Assembly: GCA_965214705.1 (NCBI GenBank)
Contig: OZ243972.1
Location: 2,656,001-2,720,000, forward strand
DNA: 64,000 bases
Reading direction: 5' to 3'
DNA from: Alphaproteobacteria bacterium
GTDB lineage: Bacteria > Pseudomonadota > Alphaproteobacteria > UBA828
Numbering within the stretch: the first letter of the stretch is position 1; each line of letters begins with the position of its first letter. Made by a program: the position numbers and the translations under genes. Shown here in pieces: positions 10,747 to 24,780 of this stretch. The notes below the pieces were generated by a model. It did no database searches. It was not told the origin of the DNA and saw nothing but the letters and a program-made list of their open reading frames with translations.

Positions 10747-12324
10747 TCAGAAACTCAGGCGCTTCAGGTCGATGACCGCGGCGCGGGACCGGAGCCTGGC
10801 CACCACCTCGTCCGGAACCACAGAATCGACGCCGATGAGGCCGATGGCCGCGCCGCCCGGTTCCCTGCGCCCGAGATTGAAGGTGGCGATGTTGATTCCG
10901 GCCTCGCCCAGGATCGTCGCCACCGCGCCGATCAGGCCCGGCCTGTCCTCGTTGGTGAAGTAGAGCATGTGCGGGCCGAGTTCCGCCTCGATTTCAATGC
11001 CCTCGATTTCCACGATTCGCTGCCCGCCCCGGCCGATGAGCGTGCCTGCTACCGTCTGCGCGTGCTCTTGCGACAGCACTTCTACCCGCAAGAGGGTCCG
11101 ATAGTCCGCCGTCATCTCGCTCTTGACTTCGCGTACCGTGATGCCGCGCTCGCGAGCGATGAAGAGGGCGTTGACGATGTTGATATCGTCGAGGCGCGGG
11201 GCGAGCAGACCCTGCAGGGCGGCGGCGGTGAGCAGCCGCGAATCGAGCGCGCTGGCCTGGCCCTCGTAGGCGATCGTGACGCCGCGGATTCGGCCGTCCG
11301 CAATCTGACCGGCGAAGCTCCCGATCTGCTCGGCAAGGGTGAGATAGGGGCCGAGCTTCGCCATCTCCTCGGGCGACACCGAGGGGGCGTTGACCGCGTT
11401 GACGACGGTGTCGGTCAGCAGGTACTCGGCCATCTGCTGCGCGATCTGGAGCGCCACGTTCTCCTGCGCCTCGACCGTGGAGGCGCCGAGGTGGGGGGTC
11501 GCGATCACCTCGTCGAGCGCAAAGAGGGCGTTTTCCCGAGCCGGCTCCTCCTCGAACACGTCGAGCGCGGCACCGGCCACGTGGCCGCTTTCGATGGCGC
11601 TCTTCAAGTCGGCCTCTACGACGAGCCCGCCGCGGGCGCAATTCACGATCCGCACGCCGGGCTTGGTCTTGGCGAGCGCATCGGCGTCGATGATCCCCCG
11701 CGTCTCGTCGGTCAGAGGCACGTGCAGCGTGATGACGTCGGCCTCGCCGAGCAGCTCGTCCATCGTCGCCAGCGTCACGCCGAGGGCGGCGGCACGGTCC
11801 GGCGCGAGGTAGGGGTCGAAGGCGACGACCCGCATTCTGAGCCCCTGGGCGAGGGTCGCGACGATGGCGCCGATGGTGCCGCAGCCCACGACGCCGAGCG
11901 TCTTGTCGCGCAACTCGACGCCCATGAAGCGGCCGCGCTCCCAGCCGCCCTTGCGGGTGGAGCGGTCAGCCTGCGGGATTCGACGCGCCAGCGCGCACAT
12001 CATGGCGATCGTGTGTTCGGCCGCAGTCACGGAATTGCCGTGGGGCGTGTTCATGACCACGATGCCGCGCTTGGTGGCTGCGTTCATGTCGACGTTGTCG
12101 ACCCCGGTGCCGGCGCGGCCCACGACCTTGAGCCGAGCGGCCCGGTCCACCAGTTCCGCGGTCACTCTGGTCGCGGAGCGGACGACAAGGCCCTCATAGT
12201 CTCCAATGATCTCGGCCAGCGCCTCGGGCGCGAGCCCCGGCTGCACGCTGACCTCGATGCCGCGCTCGGCGAACGCCTGCACGGCGACTTCGCTCACCTC
12301 GTCTGCGATCAGGACTCGCGGCAT
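10747..12324 (-). CDS. serA: D-3-phosphoglycerate dehydrogenase
   Basis: GRAGTGVDNVD, GVVGCGTIG, NCARGG, TPHLGAST and C-terminal ACT domain. Confidence 0.95.
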   Translation of the reverse strand: MPRVLIADEVSEVAVQAFAERGIEVSVQPGLAPEALAEIIGDYEGLVVRSATRVTAELVDRAARLKVVGRAGTGVDNVDMNAATKRGIVVMNTPHGNSVTAAEHTIAMMCALARRIPQADRSTRKGGWERGRFMGVELRDKTLGVVGCGTIGAIVATLAQGLRMRVVAFDPYLAPDRAAALGVTLATMDELLGEADVITLHVPLTDETRGIIDADALAKTKPGVRIVNCARGGLVVEADLKSAIESGHVAGAALDVFEEEPARENALFALDEVIATPHLGASTVEAQENVALQIAQQMAEYLLTDTVVNAVNAPSVSPEEMAKLGPYLTLAEQIGSFAGQIADGRIRGVTIAYEGQASALDSRLLTAAALQGLLAPRLDDINIVNALFIARERGITVREVKSEMTADYRTLLRVEVLSQEHAQTVAGTLIGRGGQRIVEIEGIEIEAELGPHMLYFTNEDRPGLIGAVATILGEAGINIATFNLGRREPGGAAIGLIGVDSVVPDEVVARLRSRAAVIDLKRLSF

Positions 12325-12351
12325 CGCCCCCGGCCCCCGCGGCTGGGCGGG

Positions 12352-13512
12352 TCAGCCGGCCCCATGCCGGCGCACCTCGTCCCAGGCCCAATCGAGCCAC
12401 GGAGTCAGCGCTTCGAGATCGTCGCGCTGCACCGTGCCGCCGCACCAGATGCGCAGCCCCGGCGGGGCGGCCCGATGGGTCTTGATATCATATGCGGCGC
12501 CCTCCGCCTCTAGCAGCGCGCACATCCGCTTGATCGCGGCCCACTGCTCGTCGGTGTCGAGCATGCTGAACCAGGGATCGACGATGCTGAGGCACACCGA
12601 GGTGCGGGAGCGTGTCTCCGGCGCCCGTGCGAGGAAGTCGATCCATTCGCGTGCCGCGACCCAAGCGTCGATGACGTCGAAATTGGCCTGCGTCCGCGCG
12701 ATCATCCCGGTCTGGCCGCCGATGGAGTCGATCCAGCGCATCGCATCGAGCGCGTCTTCGATCGCCATCATCGAGACCGTGTTGATGGTCTCGCCCCGGA
12801 AAATGCCTTCGTTGAGCCGGCCATCGCCGGTGGTAAGGCGGAAGACCCTGGGCACCGGCCAGGGCGGCGATGCGCTCTCCAGCCGCTCCACGGCACGGGG
12901 ACCCAGGATCAGCATGCCGAACCCGGCCTCGCCGCCCAGCACCTTCTGCCAGGAGTAGGTGGTCGCGTCGAGCCTGGTCCAGTCCATCGGGTAAGCGAGG
13001 ATGGCCGAGGTGGCATCGCAAAGAGTGAGCCCAGCACGGTCGGCGGCAATCCACGCGGCATCGGGCACCCGCACGCCTGACGTGGTGCCGTTCCAGACGA
13101 AGACCGTGTCGCGGTTGGGGTCGACCTGCGCGAGGTCGGGCAGGCGGCCGTATGGCGCGTCGGTCACGCGCGCATCCAGAGGGCGCAGCTCGCGCTCGCC
13201 GTCGATGGCCCAGAGCGCGCCGAAATTGTCCCAGCTCAGAAAGTCGACGCCGCGCGGGCCGAGCAGCGACCACATAGCCATCTCGATGGCGCCGGTGTCG
13301 GAGCCTGGCACGATCCCGATGCGCCATTCGTCGGGTAGCCCCAGTAGCGCGCGCGAGTGCTCCAGCACCTCCTGGATTCGCGCCAGCGGCTCTTTCGCCC
13401 GGTGGGACCTGCCGAGCAGCGCACCCGACAGGACATCGACCGACCAGCCGGGGCGCTTGGGACACGGCCCGGAGGAGAAGAGCGGATATTGGGGACGGAC
13501 GGTGGGCTTCAT
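12352..13512 (-). CDS. serC: Phosphoserine aminotransferase
   Basis: FSSGPCPKRPGW, LGRSHR, WNGTTSGV and SWQKVLGGE; directly upstream of serA; ATG at 13512. Confidence 0.92.
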   Translation of the reverse strand: MKPTVRPQYPLFSSGPCPKRPGWSVDVLSGALLGRSHRAKEPLARIQEVLEHSRALLGLPDEWRIGIVPGSDTGAIEMAMWSLLGPRGVDFLSWDNFGALWAIDGERELRPLDARVTDAPYGRLPDLAQVDPNRDTVFVWNGTTSGVRVPDAAWIAADRAGLTLCDATSAILAYPMDWTRLDATTYSWQKVLGGEAGFGMLILGPRAVERLESASPPWPVPRVFRLTTGDGRLNEGIFRGETINTVSMMAIEDALDAMRWIDSIGGQTGMIARTQANFDVIDAWVAAREWIDFLARAPETRSRTSVCLSIVDPWFSMLDTDEQWAAIKRMCALLEAEGAAYDIKTHRAAPPGLRIWCGGTVQRDDLEALTPWLDWAWDEVRRHGAG

Positions 13513-13543
13513 GGGCGGTACGGCCGGCGCAGGCCTTTCGGGC

Positions 13544-14326
13544 TCAGACCGCGATCGTCCCTTCGAGATATTGCACGGCACGGCCGGCGAGCCGGACCCG
13601 GTCGCCTGCGACCGTGCAACGGACCGCCCCGCCGCGCGCCGAAACCTGATGGGCGTGGAGGTCCTCCTTGCCCAGGCGTTCGGCCCAAAAGGGTGCAAGC
13701 ATGCAGTGGGCGGACCCGGTGACCGGGTCTTCGGGGACCCCGAGTCGGGGGCTGAAGAATCGCGAGACGAAGTCCGCGCTCTCGCCGGGCGCGGTCACGA
13801 TGACCCCGCGTCGCTCGTCAAGGCGGGCCAACGCCGTCAAGTTGGGCTCGATTGCCCTGACGTCGGCCTCGGTCTCGAAGAGCGCGAGATAGTCCATGTC
13901 GGCGAACACCGCATCGGGCTCGGCTCCGAGACCCTCGGCGAGGTCGGCCGGCGACTCGACGGGGTGCGCGGCCAAAGCCGGGAAGTCCATGATGAGGCCG
14001 TCGTCGTCGCGGGCGACGTACAGGCGCCCGCTTCGGGTCTCGAAGGCGACCGACTCGGCATCCGGCTGCACGTGGCGAAACACGACGTAGGCGCTGGCGA
14101 GGGTCGCGTGGCCGCACAGATCGACCTCTGCCAACGGCGTGAACCAGCGCAATGCGTAGGCGCCGTTGGCCGGCACGAAAAACGCGGTCTCCGACAGGTT
14201 GTTCTCGTTCGCGATCGCCTGCAGCGTGGCGTCGTCGAGCCAGGACTCCAGCGGGCAGACGGCGGCAGGATTGCCGCCGAACACGGCATCGGTGAACGCA
14301 TCGATCTGGAATATCTTCAGGCGCAT
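13544..14326 (-). CDS. PhzF family isomerase
   Basis: QIDAFT...GNPAAV, NLSETAF, EVDLCGHATLA and EDPVTGSAH. Confidence 0.93.
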   Translation of the reverse strand: MRLKIFQIDAFTDAVFGGNPAAVCPLESWLDDATLQAIANENNLSETAFFVPANGAYALRWFTPLAEVDLCGHATLASAYVVFRHVQPDAESVAFETRSGRLYVARDDDGLIMDFPALAAHPVESPADLAEGLGAEPDAVFADMDYLALFETEADVRAIEPNLTALARLDERRGVIVTAPGESADFVSRFFSPRLGVPEDPVTGSAHCMLAPFWAERLGKEDLHAHQVSARGGAVRCTVAGDRVRLAGRAVQYLEGTIAV

Positions 14327-14422
14327 GCAACAGTTTATTGACGATCGCGGACAGGCATGCAAGGTGAGGCAGGGACTGCGGCGCTGTGCGCCGCGCTGCA
14401 ACGATCGGGTTCCGCCGACGGC

Positions 14423-15844
14423 ATGAACCGCGACTCCTTGCGAGATTTCCGGGCATTCATATCGGCCGCCTCAATGGGCGCGGCGGCACTTTGCTTGGCA
14501 GCGCTGACTGCACCAAACGCAGCGGCGAGCGATTTTTTTGACGGTTACGAGGCGTTTCAACGGGGCGACTACGACGAGGCGCGCGCCATCTGGTCCGAGC
14601 TCGCCTATGACGGCGACGTGGATGCGCAGTTCAACCTCGGCACGCTCTACGAGAACGGCTTCGGCGTTGAGGAGGACGCCGAGCAGGCAGCGCGCTGGTA
14701 CCGGGCAGCGGCAGCGCGCCGCGTCGACCTCGCCAGACTCGCGCTGGCGCGCCTGCAGCGCACGGGCGCGCTTGAGCCAGAACCGGATGAGGACCAAATA
14801 AAGCTGCTCGAGACCGCCGCCCGGCGCGGCCTGGCCGAGGCGCAGTACGAGCTGGGCGTGGCCTACGATCGCGGGCTCGGCGTCACACAGAATCATGCAA
14901 CGGCGGCGGGTTGGTATCAGCGCGCGGCCGAGCAGGGTCTGACCGATGCACAGTACAACCTGGCGACGCTCTTTGACGAAGGGCTGGGGACCCCGCGTGA
15001 TTTCGAGCAGGCGCGGGACTGGTACATGCGCGCTTCTGACGCCGGTGAGGCTAGGGCCATGAACAATCTCGGATACATTTATGAGAAAGGCCTGACCGGT
15101 CGACGGGACTATGGCAAGGCCGTCGTGTGGTATCGACATGCGGCCCAAACGGGTCTCGCCATCGCGCAGAGCAATCTCGCGGCGCTTCACTATCTGGGCC
15201 GCGGCGTGCCCCGTGACTTTGAACAGGCTTACCGCTGGTACAAGGCCGCGGCGGAGCAGGGCGACGCCGCAGGGCAGAACGGCCTCGGCCTGCTCTACGC
15301 CAACGGGCTCGGTGTCGAGCGCGATCTCGTCAAGGCGATGGCCATGTTCAGCCTTGCAGTCCACGGGGAAGGCTCGGCCGGCGCAGACGCGAAGACCTAT
15401 CGCGACCGGCTTGCACGCCTGTTGTCGGTGGAAGAGCGCGCATGGGCGGACGCGCTGAGCGAAGACATTCTGGCCCGAACAGCCACTGAAGAGGCGTCGG
15501 AGGAGCCCGTCTTCGGCGTGTCAATGCCGAGATCTGCGAACGGCTTCCGCGATTCCGCCATTTACGCACAAAGGCTTCTCAAATCGTTGGGCTACTATGA
15601 CGCGGCGGTGGACGGAGTCGCCGGTGAGTTCACCATCAAGGCGACGCGGCAATTTCTGAGAGAGAACGGGTTGAGAATGGAACCGCGGATCACCCGAGAG
15701 CTGGTGGAAGCGCTGGAGGCAGTGCGGACGGCCCGCATCGCTGCGGCTGCCGCCGCCGCTGCTGCCGAAGAAGCCGCAGGGCAAGAAAGCGTTGAAGAGC
15801 CGGCCGACGAGATGGTCGAGCATAACGGGCAGGGCCAATCATGA
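14423..15844 (+). CDS. SEL1-repeat protein with C-terminal peptidoglycan-binding-like domain
   Basis: Several AQ.NLG.LY..G.GV..D...A..WY..AA repeats; QRLLKSLGYYDAAVDGVAGEFT..A.RQF PG-binding motif; start uncertain (14357/14423/14474). Confidence 0.85.
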   Translation: MNRDSLRDFRAFISAASMGAAALCLAALTAPNAAASDFFDGYEAFQRGDYDEARAIWSELAYDGDVDAQFNLGTLYENGFGVEEDAEQAARWYRAAAARRVDLARLALARLQRTGALEPEPDEDQIKLLETAARRGLAEAQYELGVAYDRGLGVTQNHATAAGWYQRAAEQGLTDAQYNLATLFDEGLGTPRDFEQARDWYMRASDAGEARAMNNLGYIYEKGLTGRRDYGKAVVWYRHAAQTGLAIAQSNLAALHYLGRGVPRDFEQAYRWYKAAAEQGDAAGQNGLGLLYANGLGVERDLVKAMAMFSLAVHGEGSAGADAKTYRDRLARLLSVEERAWADALSEDILARTATEEASEEPVFGVSMPRSANGFRDSAIYAQRLLKSLGYYDAAVDGVAGEFTIKATRQFLRENGLRMEPRITRELVEALEAVRTARIAAAAAAAAAEEAAGQESVEEPADEMVEHNGQGQS

Positions 15845-16674
15845 GGCTTACGCGCGCAAAGAGTTCGACGTCCCTTGCGGCACTGGCTGCGTCGGTCGTG
15901 CTGGCATTGGCACTGCTTGCGGGCTGCGCGACAGAAGAAGAGGCCTACGTCGAACGCTCGGTCGAGGAGCTTTACAACGAGGCGATGGACAGCCTGCTGG
16001 ACGACGATTTCGACGCCGCCGCGGTGGGGTTCGCCGAGGTCGAGCGCCAGCATCCCTATTCCGTGTGGGCGACGCGGGCACAGATCATGTCGGCCTTCGT
16101 CTACTACCAGGGCAACCTCTACGACGAGGCTATCGCCGCAGCCAAGCGGTTCGTCGAGTTGCACCCGGGTCATCGCGATGCCGCGTACGGCTACTACCTG
16201 ATCGCCATGTCCCACTACGAGCAGATCTCGGATGTAGGCCGCGATCAGAGCACCACGGCGCGCGCGCTGCGGGCTCTTGAGGAGGTCACGCGCCGGTTTC
16301 CCGGCAGCGTCTACGCGCGCGATGCGCGCCTCAAGATCGATCTGGCGCGCGATCATCTCGCGGGTAAGGAGATGACCGTCGGCCGCTACTACCAGCGGCG
16401 CGGGAATCACGTTGCGGCGATCGGGCGCTTTCGCAAGGTCGTCGAGCTCTACCAGACCACGAGCCACACGCCGGAGGCGCTGCATCGCCTGACCGAAGCC
16501 TATCTGGCGCTGGGTCTGCCCAATGAAGCACAGACCTCGGCGGCGGTCCTCGGTCACAATTACCCCGGCAGCCGGTGGTACCAGCACAGCTATGCCCTGC
16601 TCCTCGACTCCGACCTCGAACCCGAGGCGGATGAGGGTTCATGGATCAGCCGGGTCTTCGGCGACGTGTTCTGA
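15841..16674 (+). CDS. bamD: Outer membrane protein assembly factor BamD
   Basis: Lipobox LAGC, EVERQHPYSVWA, DHLAGKEM.VGRYY and LGHNYPGSRWY; precedes recN. Confidence 0.95.
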   Translation: MRLTRAKSSTSLAALAASVVLALALLAGCATEEEAYVERSVEELYNEAMDSLLDDDFDAAAVGFAEVERQHPYSVWATRAQIMSAFVYYQGNLYDEAIAAAKRFVELHPGHRDAAYGYYLIAMSHYEQISDVGRDQSTTARALRALEEVTRRFPGSVYARDARLKIDLARDHLAGKEMTVGRYYQRRGNHVAAIGRFRKVVELYQTTSHTPEALHRLTEAYLALGLPNEAQTSAAVLGHNYPGSRWYQHSYALLLDSDLEPEADEGSWISRVFGDVF

Positions 16675-16683
16675 CGCCGCCAG

Positions 16684-21146
<4,463 letters not shown>

Positions 21147-21150
<4 letters not shown>

Positions 21151-21470
21151 TGGGCGCCGCGCGACAGATTGAGCCCGACCACGCCGATGATAATGAGGAC
21201 GATGGAGCCGATCCTGAGCGGCCCCATCGGCTCCTTGAACCAGATGTAGCCGATCATGGCGATCGCCGCCGTGCCGATACCGGCCCAGATCGCGTAGGAC
21301 AGGCCAAGATCGAGCTTCTTCAGCGCAAGCGCGAACAGCACGAAGCTGACCCCGTAGAGGACGAAGATCAGCACCGTGAAGACGGGCTTCGTCAGCCCCT
21401 CGCTGAGCTTCATGGAGGTCGTGCCGCCGACCTCGAATACGATGGCGAGGGCGAGATAGAGCCAGTGCAT
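21147..21470 (-). CDS. SMR/DMT family small multidrug efflux protein
   Basis: [25 protein letters not shown] and SYAIWAGIG; four TMs with the conserved Glu. Confidence 0.92.
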
Positions 21471-21667
21471 GGTGCGACTCCGCAAGTACCGACCGGGGCT
21501 CGTCATTCTTTGATGCGCGCCGCGGAGTCAAGGAATACGGGGCGTGTCATATTCCCGCCGGATAAGGCGACGGGCTACCTTGCGTGCGCTGGGGCGGACG
21601 GGGACAATCGCGTCGCCCGGCGCAAGAACCCGCGCTGCACGCGCCCACACGGCGATGGGACCATCCC

Positions 21668-22660
21668 ATGAGCGACCAATCCGACCTGTCGAAGCCGTTG
21701 AAGACCTGGAGCCACCTCGCCGGCAAACGGCGCAGGCCGAGCGAATACGAGATCGTCTCGACCAATCTGCTCTGGAGCACCGACGACGAGATGCCGTGGG
21801 CGCTTTCGCCCGACATCGACATGAACAAGTGGTATCTCCGATACCGCAACAACTCGCCGCTCAAGCACGACGACTGGGACGCGTTCCGCGACCCCGATGA
21901 GCTGGTCTATCGCTCCTACAACGTCATGCAGGACGGGCACGAGACCTACGTGGACGGGCTGATCCGCGACCATGCAAAGAACGAACACGACAAGGGCCTG
22001 AGCGCGGAATGGGTGGCGGCGTTGGCGCGGCTCTACACGCCGACGCGCTATCCGCTCCACTGCCTGCAGATGGGCTCCGCGTACCTGGTGCAGATGGTTC
22101 CGGCGAGCACGATCGAGAACTGCGCCATGTTCCAGGCGGCCGACCAGCTCCGCTGGGTCTCGCGCGTGGCCTACCGCACAAAGGAGCTCGCCAACACACA
22201 CGCCGATGCGGGCTTCGTCAGCGGCGAGCGCACAGCGTGGGAGGAGGATGCCTGCTGGCAGGGCTTCCGCGAACTGCTGGAGCGCGTCCTCGTCGCCTAC
22301 GACTGGGCCGAGCATTTTGTCGCGCTCAACGTCGTCGCCAAGCCGGCGTTCGACGAGGCCTGCGTCCGCCAGCTGGTCCGCTCGGCCCGGCGCAACGGCG
22401 ACACGCTGCTTGCCCAGATGCTCGACGCGCAATGGGAGGACAGCGAGCGCGCCAGGCGCTGGACCGGCGCGCTCGTCGCGTTCGCACGCGAGACCGAGGG
22501 CAACGCGGCCGTGATGGCGGACTGGGTCGCGAAATGGGTGCCCTTGGGCGATGCCGCCATCGACGCCTATTGCGCCGCGCTGCCGGCGGGAGCGGACACT
22601 GCGGCTGAGGCGAAGGGCGCAGCCAGCGCCTTCCGCGCCTCGCTAGGATTCGCTGGCTGA
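21668..22660 (+). CDS. Soluble di-iron monooxygenase hydroxylase beta subunit (TmoE/TouE-like)
   Basis: KPLKTWSHLAGKRRRPSEYEIVSTNL, DWDAFRDPDELVYR.YN..QDG and WQGFRELLE match toluene/aromatic monooxygenase beta subunits as recalled. Confidence 0.88.
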   Translation: MSDQSDLSKPLKTWSHLAGKRRRPSEYEIVSTNLLWSTDDEMPWALSPDIDMNKWYLRYRNNSPLKHDDWDAFRDPDELVYRSYNVMQDGHETYVDGLIRDHAKNEHDKGLSAEWVAALARLYTPTRYPLHCLQMGSAYLVQMVPASTIENCAMFQAADQLRWVSRVAYRTKELANTHADAGFVSGERTAWEEDACWQGFRELLERVLVAYDWAEHFVALNVVAKPAFDEACVRQLVRSARRNGDTLLAQMLDAQWEDSERARRWTGALVAFARETEGNAAVMADWVAKWVPLGDAAIDAYCAALPAGADTAAEAKGAASAFRASLGFAG

Positions 22661-22697
22661 GGCGCGCCAGCGCGGGCGCCATTTTCGGAGGAATGAC

Positions 22698-23897
22698 ATG
22701 CGCAAGGTGATGATCGGCGGGACCGGGATGACCCGGTTCGGCAAGTTCCTGGACACGAATCTGCGCGCGCTCGCCGCCGAGGCGGCGACGGCAGCGCTCG
22801 CCGATGCCGATACCACGGCCGACGAGGTCGGCATGGTCTTCTTCGGCAACGCGGCGGGCGGGCTGCTCGGCGCGCAGGAATGCGTGCGCGGGCAGGTGGC
22901 GCTGCGCCATTCCGGCCTGCTGGGCAAGCCGATCGTCAATGTCGAGAACGCCTGCGCCTCCTCGTCCACGGCGTTTCATCTGGCGGTGCTGGCCGTGGGC
23001 TCCGGCCAGTGCGACGTGGCGCTCGCGGTGGGTGCCGAGAAGATGAGCAACGAGGACAGGACCGTGCCGATCAAAGCGCTGGAGGCGGCGGCGGATCGCG
23101 ACGAGTTCGAAGAGCTGAAGAAGCGGATCGCCCCCGGCGGCGCCGGCACGGGCTCGGTCTTCATGGACCTCTATTCGAGCCTCGCGCGGGACTATGCGGA
23201 GCAGACCGGCGCCACGCCCGCCGACTACGCCCGGGTCTCGGTCAAGCAGCGGCGGGCCGGCGCGCTCAACGAGAAGGCGCAGTTCCAGGAGGAGGTCACG
23301 CTGGAAGACGTGCTGCAAAGCCGCATGATCGCGGAGCCGCTCACGCTGATGATGTGCTCGTCGATCGGCGATGGTGCCGCCGCGCTGGTGCTGATGAGCG
23401 AGGACTACGCGCAGCGCAAGGCGGCCCACCCGGTGGCGGTGCTCGCGAGCGAGCTGCGCTCCGGCCAGGGCGACGACCCCGAGGCCCCGCCGGTCGCTCA
23501 GGCCGCCGCCACGGCAGCCTACGAGACGGCGGGGCTTGGGCCCGAGGACCTCAGCGTCGCCGAAATCCATGACGCCGCGGCGCCGGCGGAGCTGATGCTC
23601 TCGGAGCAGCTCGGCTTCTGCCGTCCGGGCGATGCGGTCGGCCTGCTGCGCGACGGCGTCACCGCGCTGGATGGCCGTATGCCGATCAACCCGAGCGGCG
23701 GGCTGCTCAGCAAGGGGCACCCCATCGGTGCGACCGGCGCGGCGCAGCTCGTCGAGCTGGCCGACCAGATGCGCGGTCGCTCGGGCGCCCGCCAGAAGAA
23801 GGGCGCGCGCTTCGGCCTCGCCGAGAATGCCGGCGGCTGGATCGGCGCGGACGCCGCTGCCGCCTGCGTCACTATCCTGGGCTCGACTAGGCACTAG
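22698..23897 (+). CDS. Thiolase family protein (SCP2-thiolase type)
   Basis: GMTRFGK, NVENACASSS, EIHDA and NPSGGLLSKGHPIGATG. Confidence 0.9.
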   Translation: MRKVMIGGTGMTRFGKFLDTNLRALAAEAATAALADADTTADEVGMVFFGNAAGGLLGAQECVRGQVALRHSGLLGKPIVNVENACASSSTAFHLAVLAVGSGQCDVALAVGAEKMSNEDRTVPIKALEAAADRDEFEELKKRIAPGGAGTGSVFMDLYSSLARDYAEQTGATPADYARVSVKQRRAGALNEKAQFQEEVTLEDVLQSRMIAEPLTLMMCSSIGDGAAALVLMSEDYAQRKAAHPVAVLASELRSGQGDDPEAPPVAQAAATAAYETAGLGPEDLSVAEIHDAAAPAELMLSEQLGFCRPGDAVGLLRDGVTALDGRMPINPSGGLLSKGHPIGATGAAQLVELADQMRGRSGARQKKGARFGLAENAGGWIGADAAAACVTILGSTRH

Positions 23898-23994
23898 CGC
23901 GGCGACCACGAGAGGGCAGAACCAGAAGGGGCCGGGCCGTCAGGCCCGGAGCGAGCGCCCGGCGATTGAGAGAAATGGAAAAGAGGAGAAGGGC

Positions 23995-24777
23995 ATGAGC
24001 GAGAACGCCGTGCTGGTCGAGGTCGCGGGCAGGGCAGGGGTCATTACCGTCAACCGGCCGGAGAGACTTAACGCGCTCGACGTGCCGACCTGCGGCGCCC
24101 TCGACGATGCCGTGAGCCAGGTGGAGGCGGACGAGGCGGTGCGGGTCGTGGTGTTCACCGGCGCGGGCCGCGCGTTCGTGGCCGGCGGCGACATCGCCGA
24201 TCTCGACTCGCGCCGGGGCTTGGCCCACTACGAGGAGTTCGCCGCGCCGATCCACCGGCTGTTCCGCCGGATCGAGACCCTGGACAAGCCGACCATCGCG
24301 GTCGTCAACGGCTTCGCGCTCGGCGGCGGCGCGGAACTCATGCTCTCCACCGACATCCGGGTGCTCTCCTCGGTGGCCAAGATCGGCGTGCCCGAGATCA
24401 ATCTCGGGCTCTTCCCCGGTGCCGGCGGCTCGCAGCGCCTGATCCGCCAGATACCGCTCTGCTGCGCCAAGGAGATGATGTTCTCCGGCGCCCCCATCGG
24501 TGCGGAGGAGGCAGTGGCGCTCGGCCTCGCCAATCGGGTGGTCGAGCCCGAGGCGCTGATGGAGGAGGCGCTGGCCCTTGCCGAAAGGATCGCGGACAAG
24601 TCGCCGCTCGTGCTGCGCCTGCTCAAGCGCACCATCGATGCCGGCGCCGACATGCCGCTGCCGGCGGCGCTCGCCCACGAGCAGGCCATGATCTCGCTGG
24701 TGCTCGACAGCGAGGACGCGCACGAGGGCTGCCGGGCGTTCCTGGAGAAGCGCAAGGCCAGCTTCAAGGGCGCCTGA
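23995..24777 (+). CDS. Enoyl-CoA hydratase/isomerase
   Basis: NRPERLNAL, AFVAGGDI, NGFALGGGAEL and PEINLG.FPGAGG. Confidence 0.93.
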   Translation: MSENAVLVEVAGRAGVITVNRPERLNALDVPTCGALDDAVSQVEADEAVRVVVFTGAGRAFVAGGDIADLDSRRGLAHYEEFAAPIHRLFRRIETLDKPTIAVVNGFALGGGAELMLSTDIRVLSSVAKIGVPEINLGLFPGAGGSQRLIRQIPLCCAKEMMFSGAPIGAEEAVALGLANRVVEPEALMEEALALAERIADKSPLVLRLLKRTIDAGADMPLPAALAHEQAMISLVLDSEDAHEGCRAFLEKRKASFKGA

Positions 24778-24780
24778 GCG

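Noticed and set aside
15738-15770. Poly-Ala GCN run in the SEL1 gene
   Set aside because: Mixed codons in a low-complexity linker; not a phase-variable repeat.
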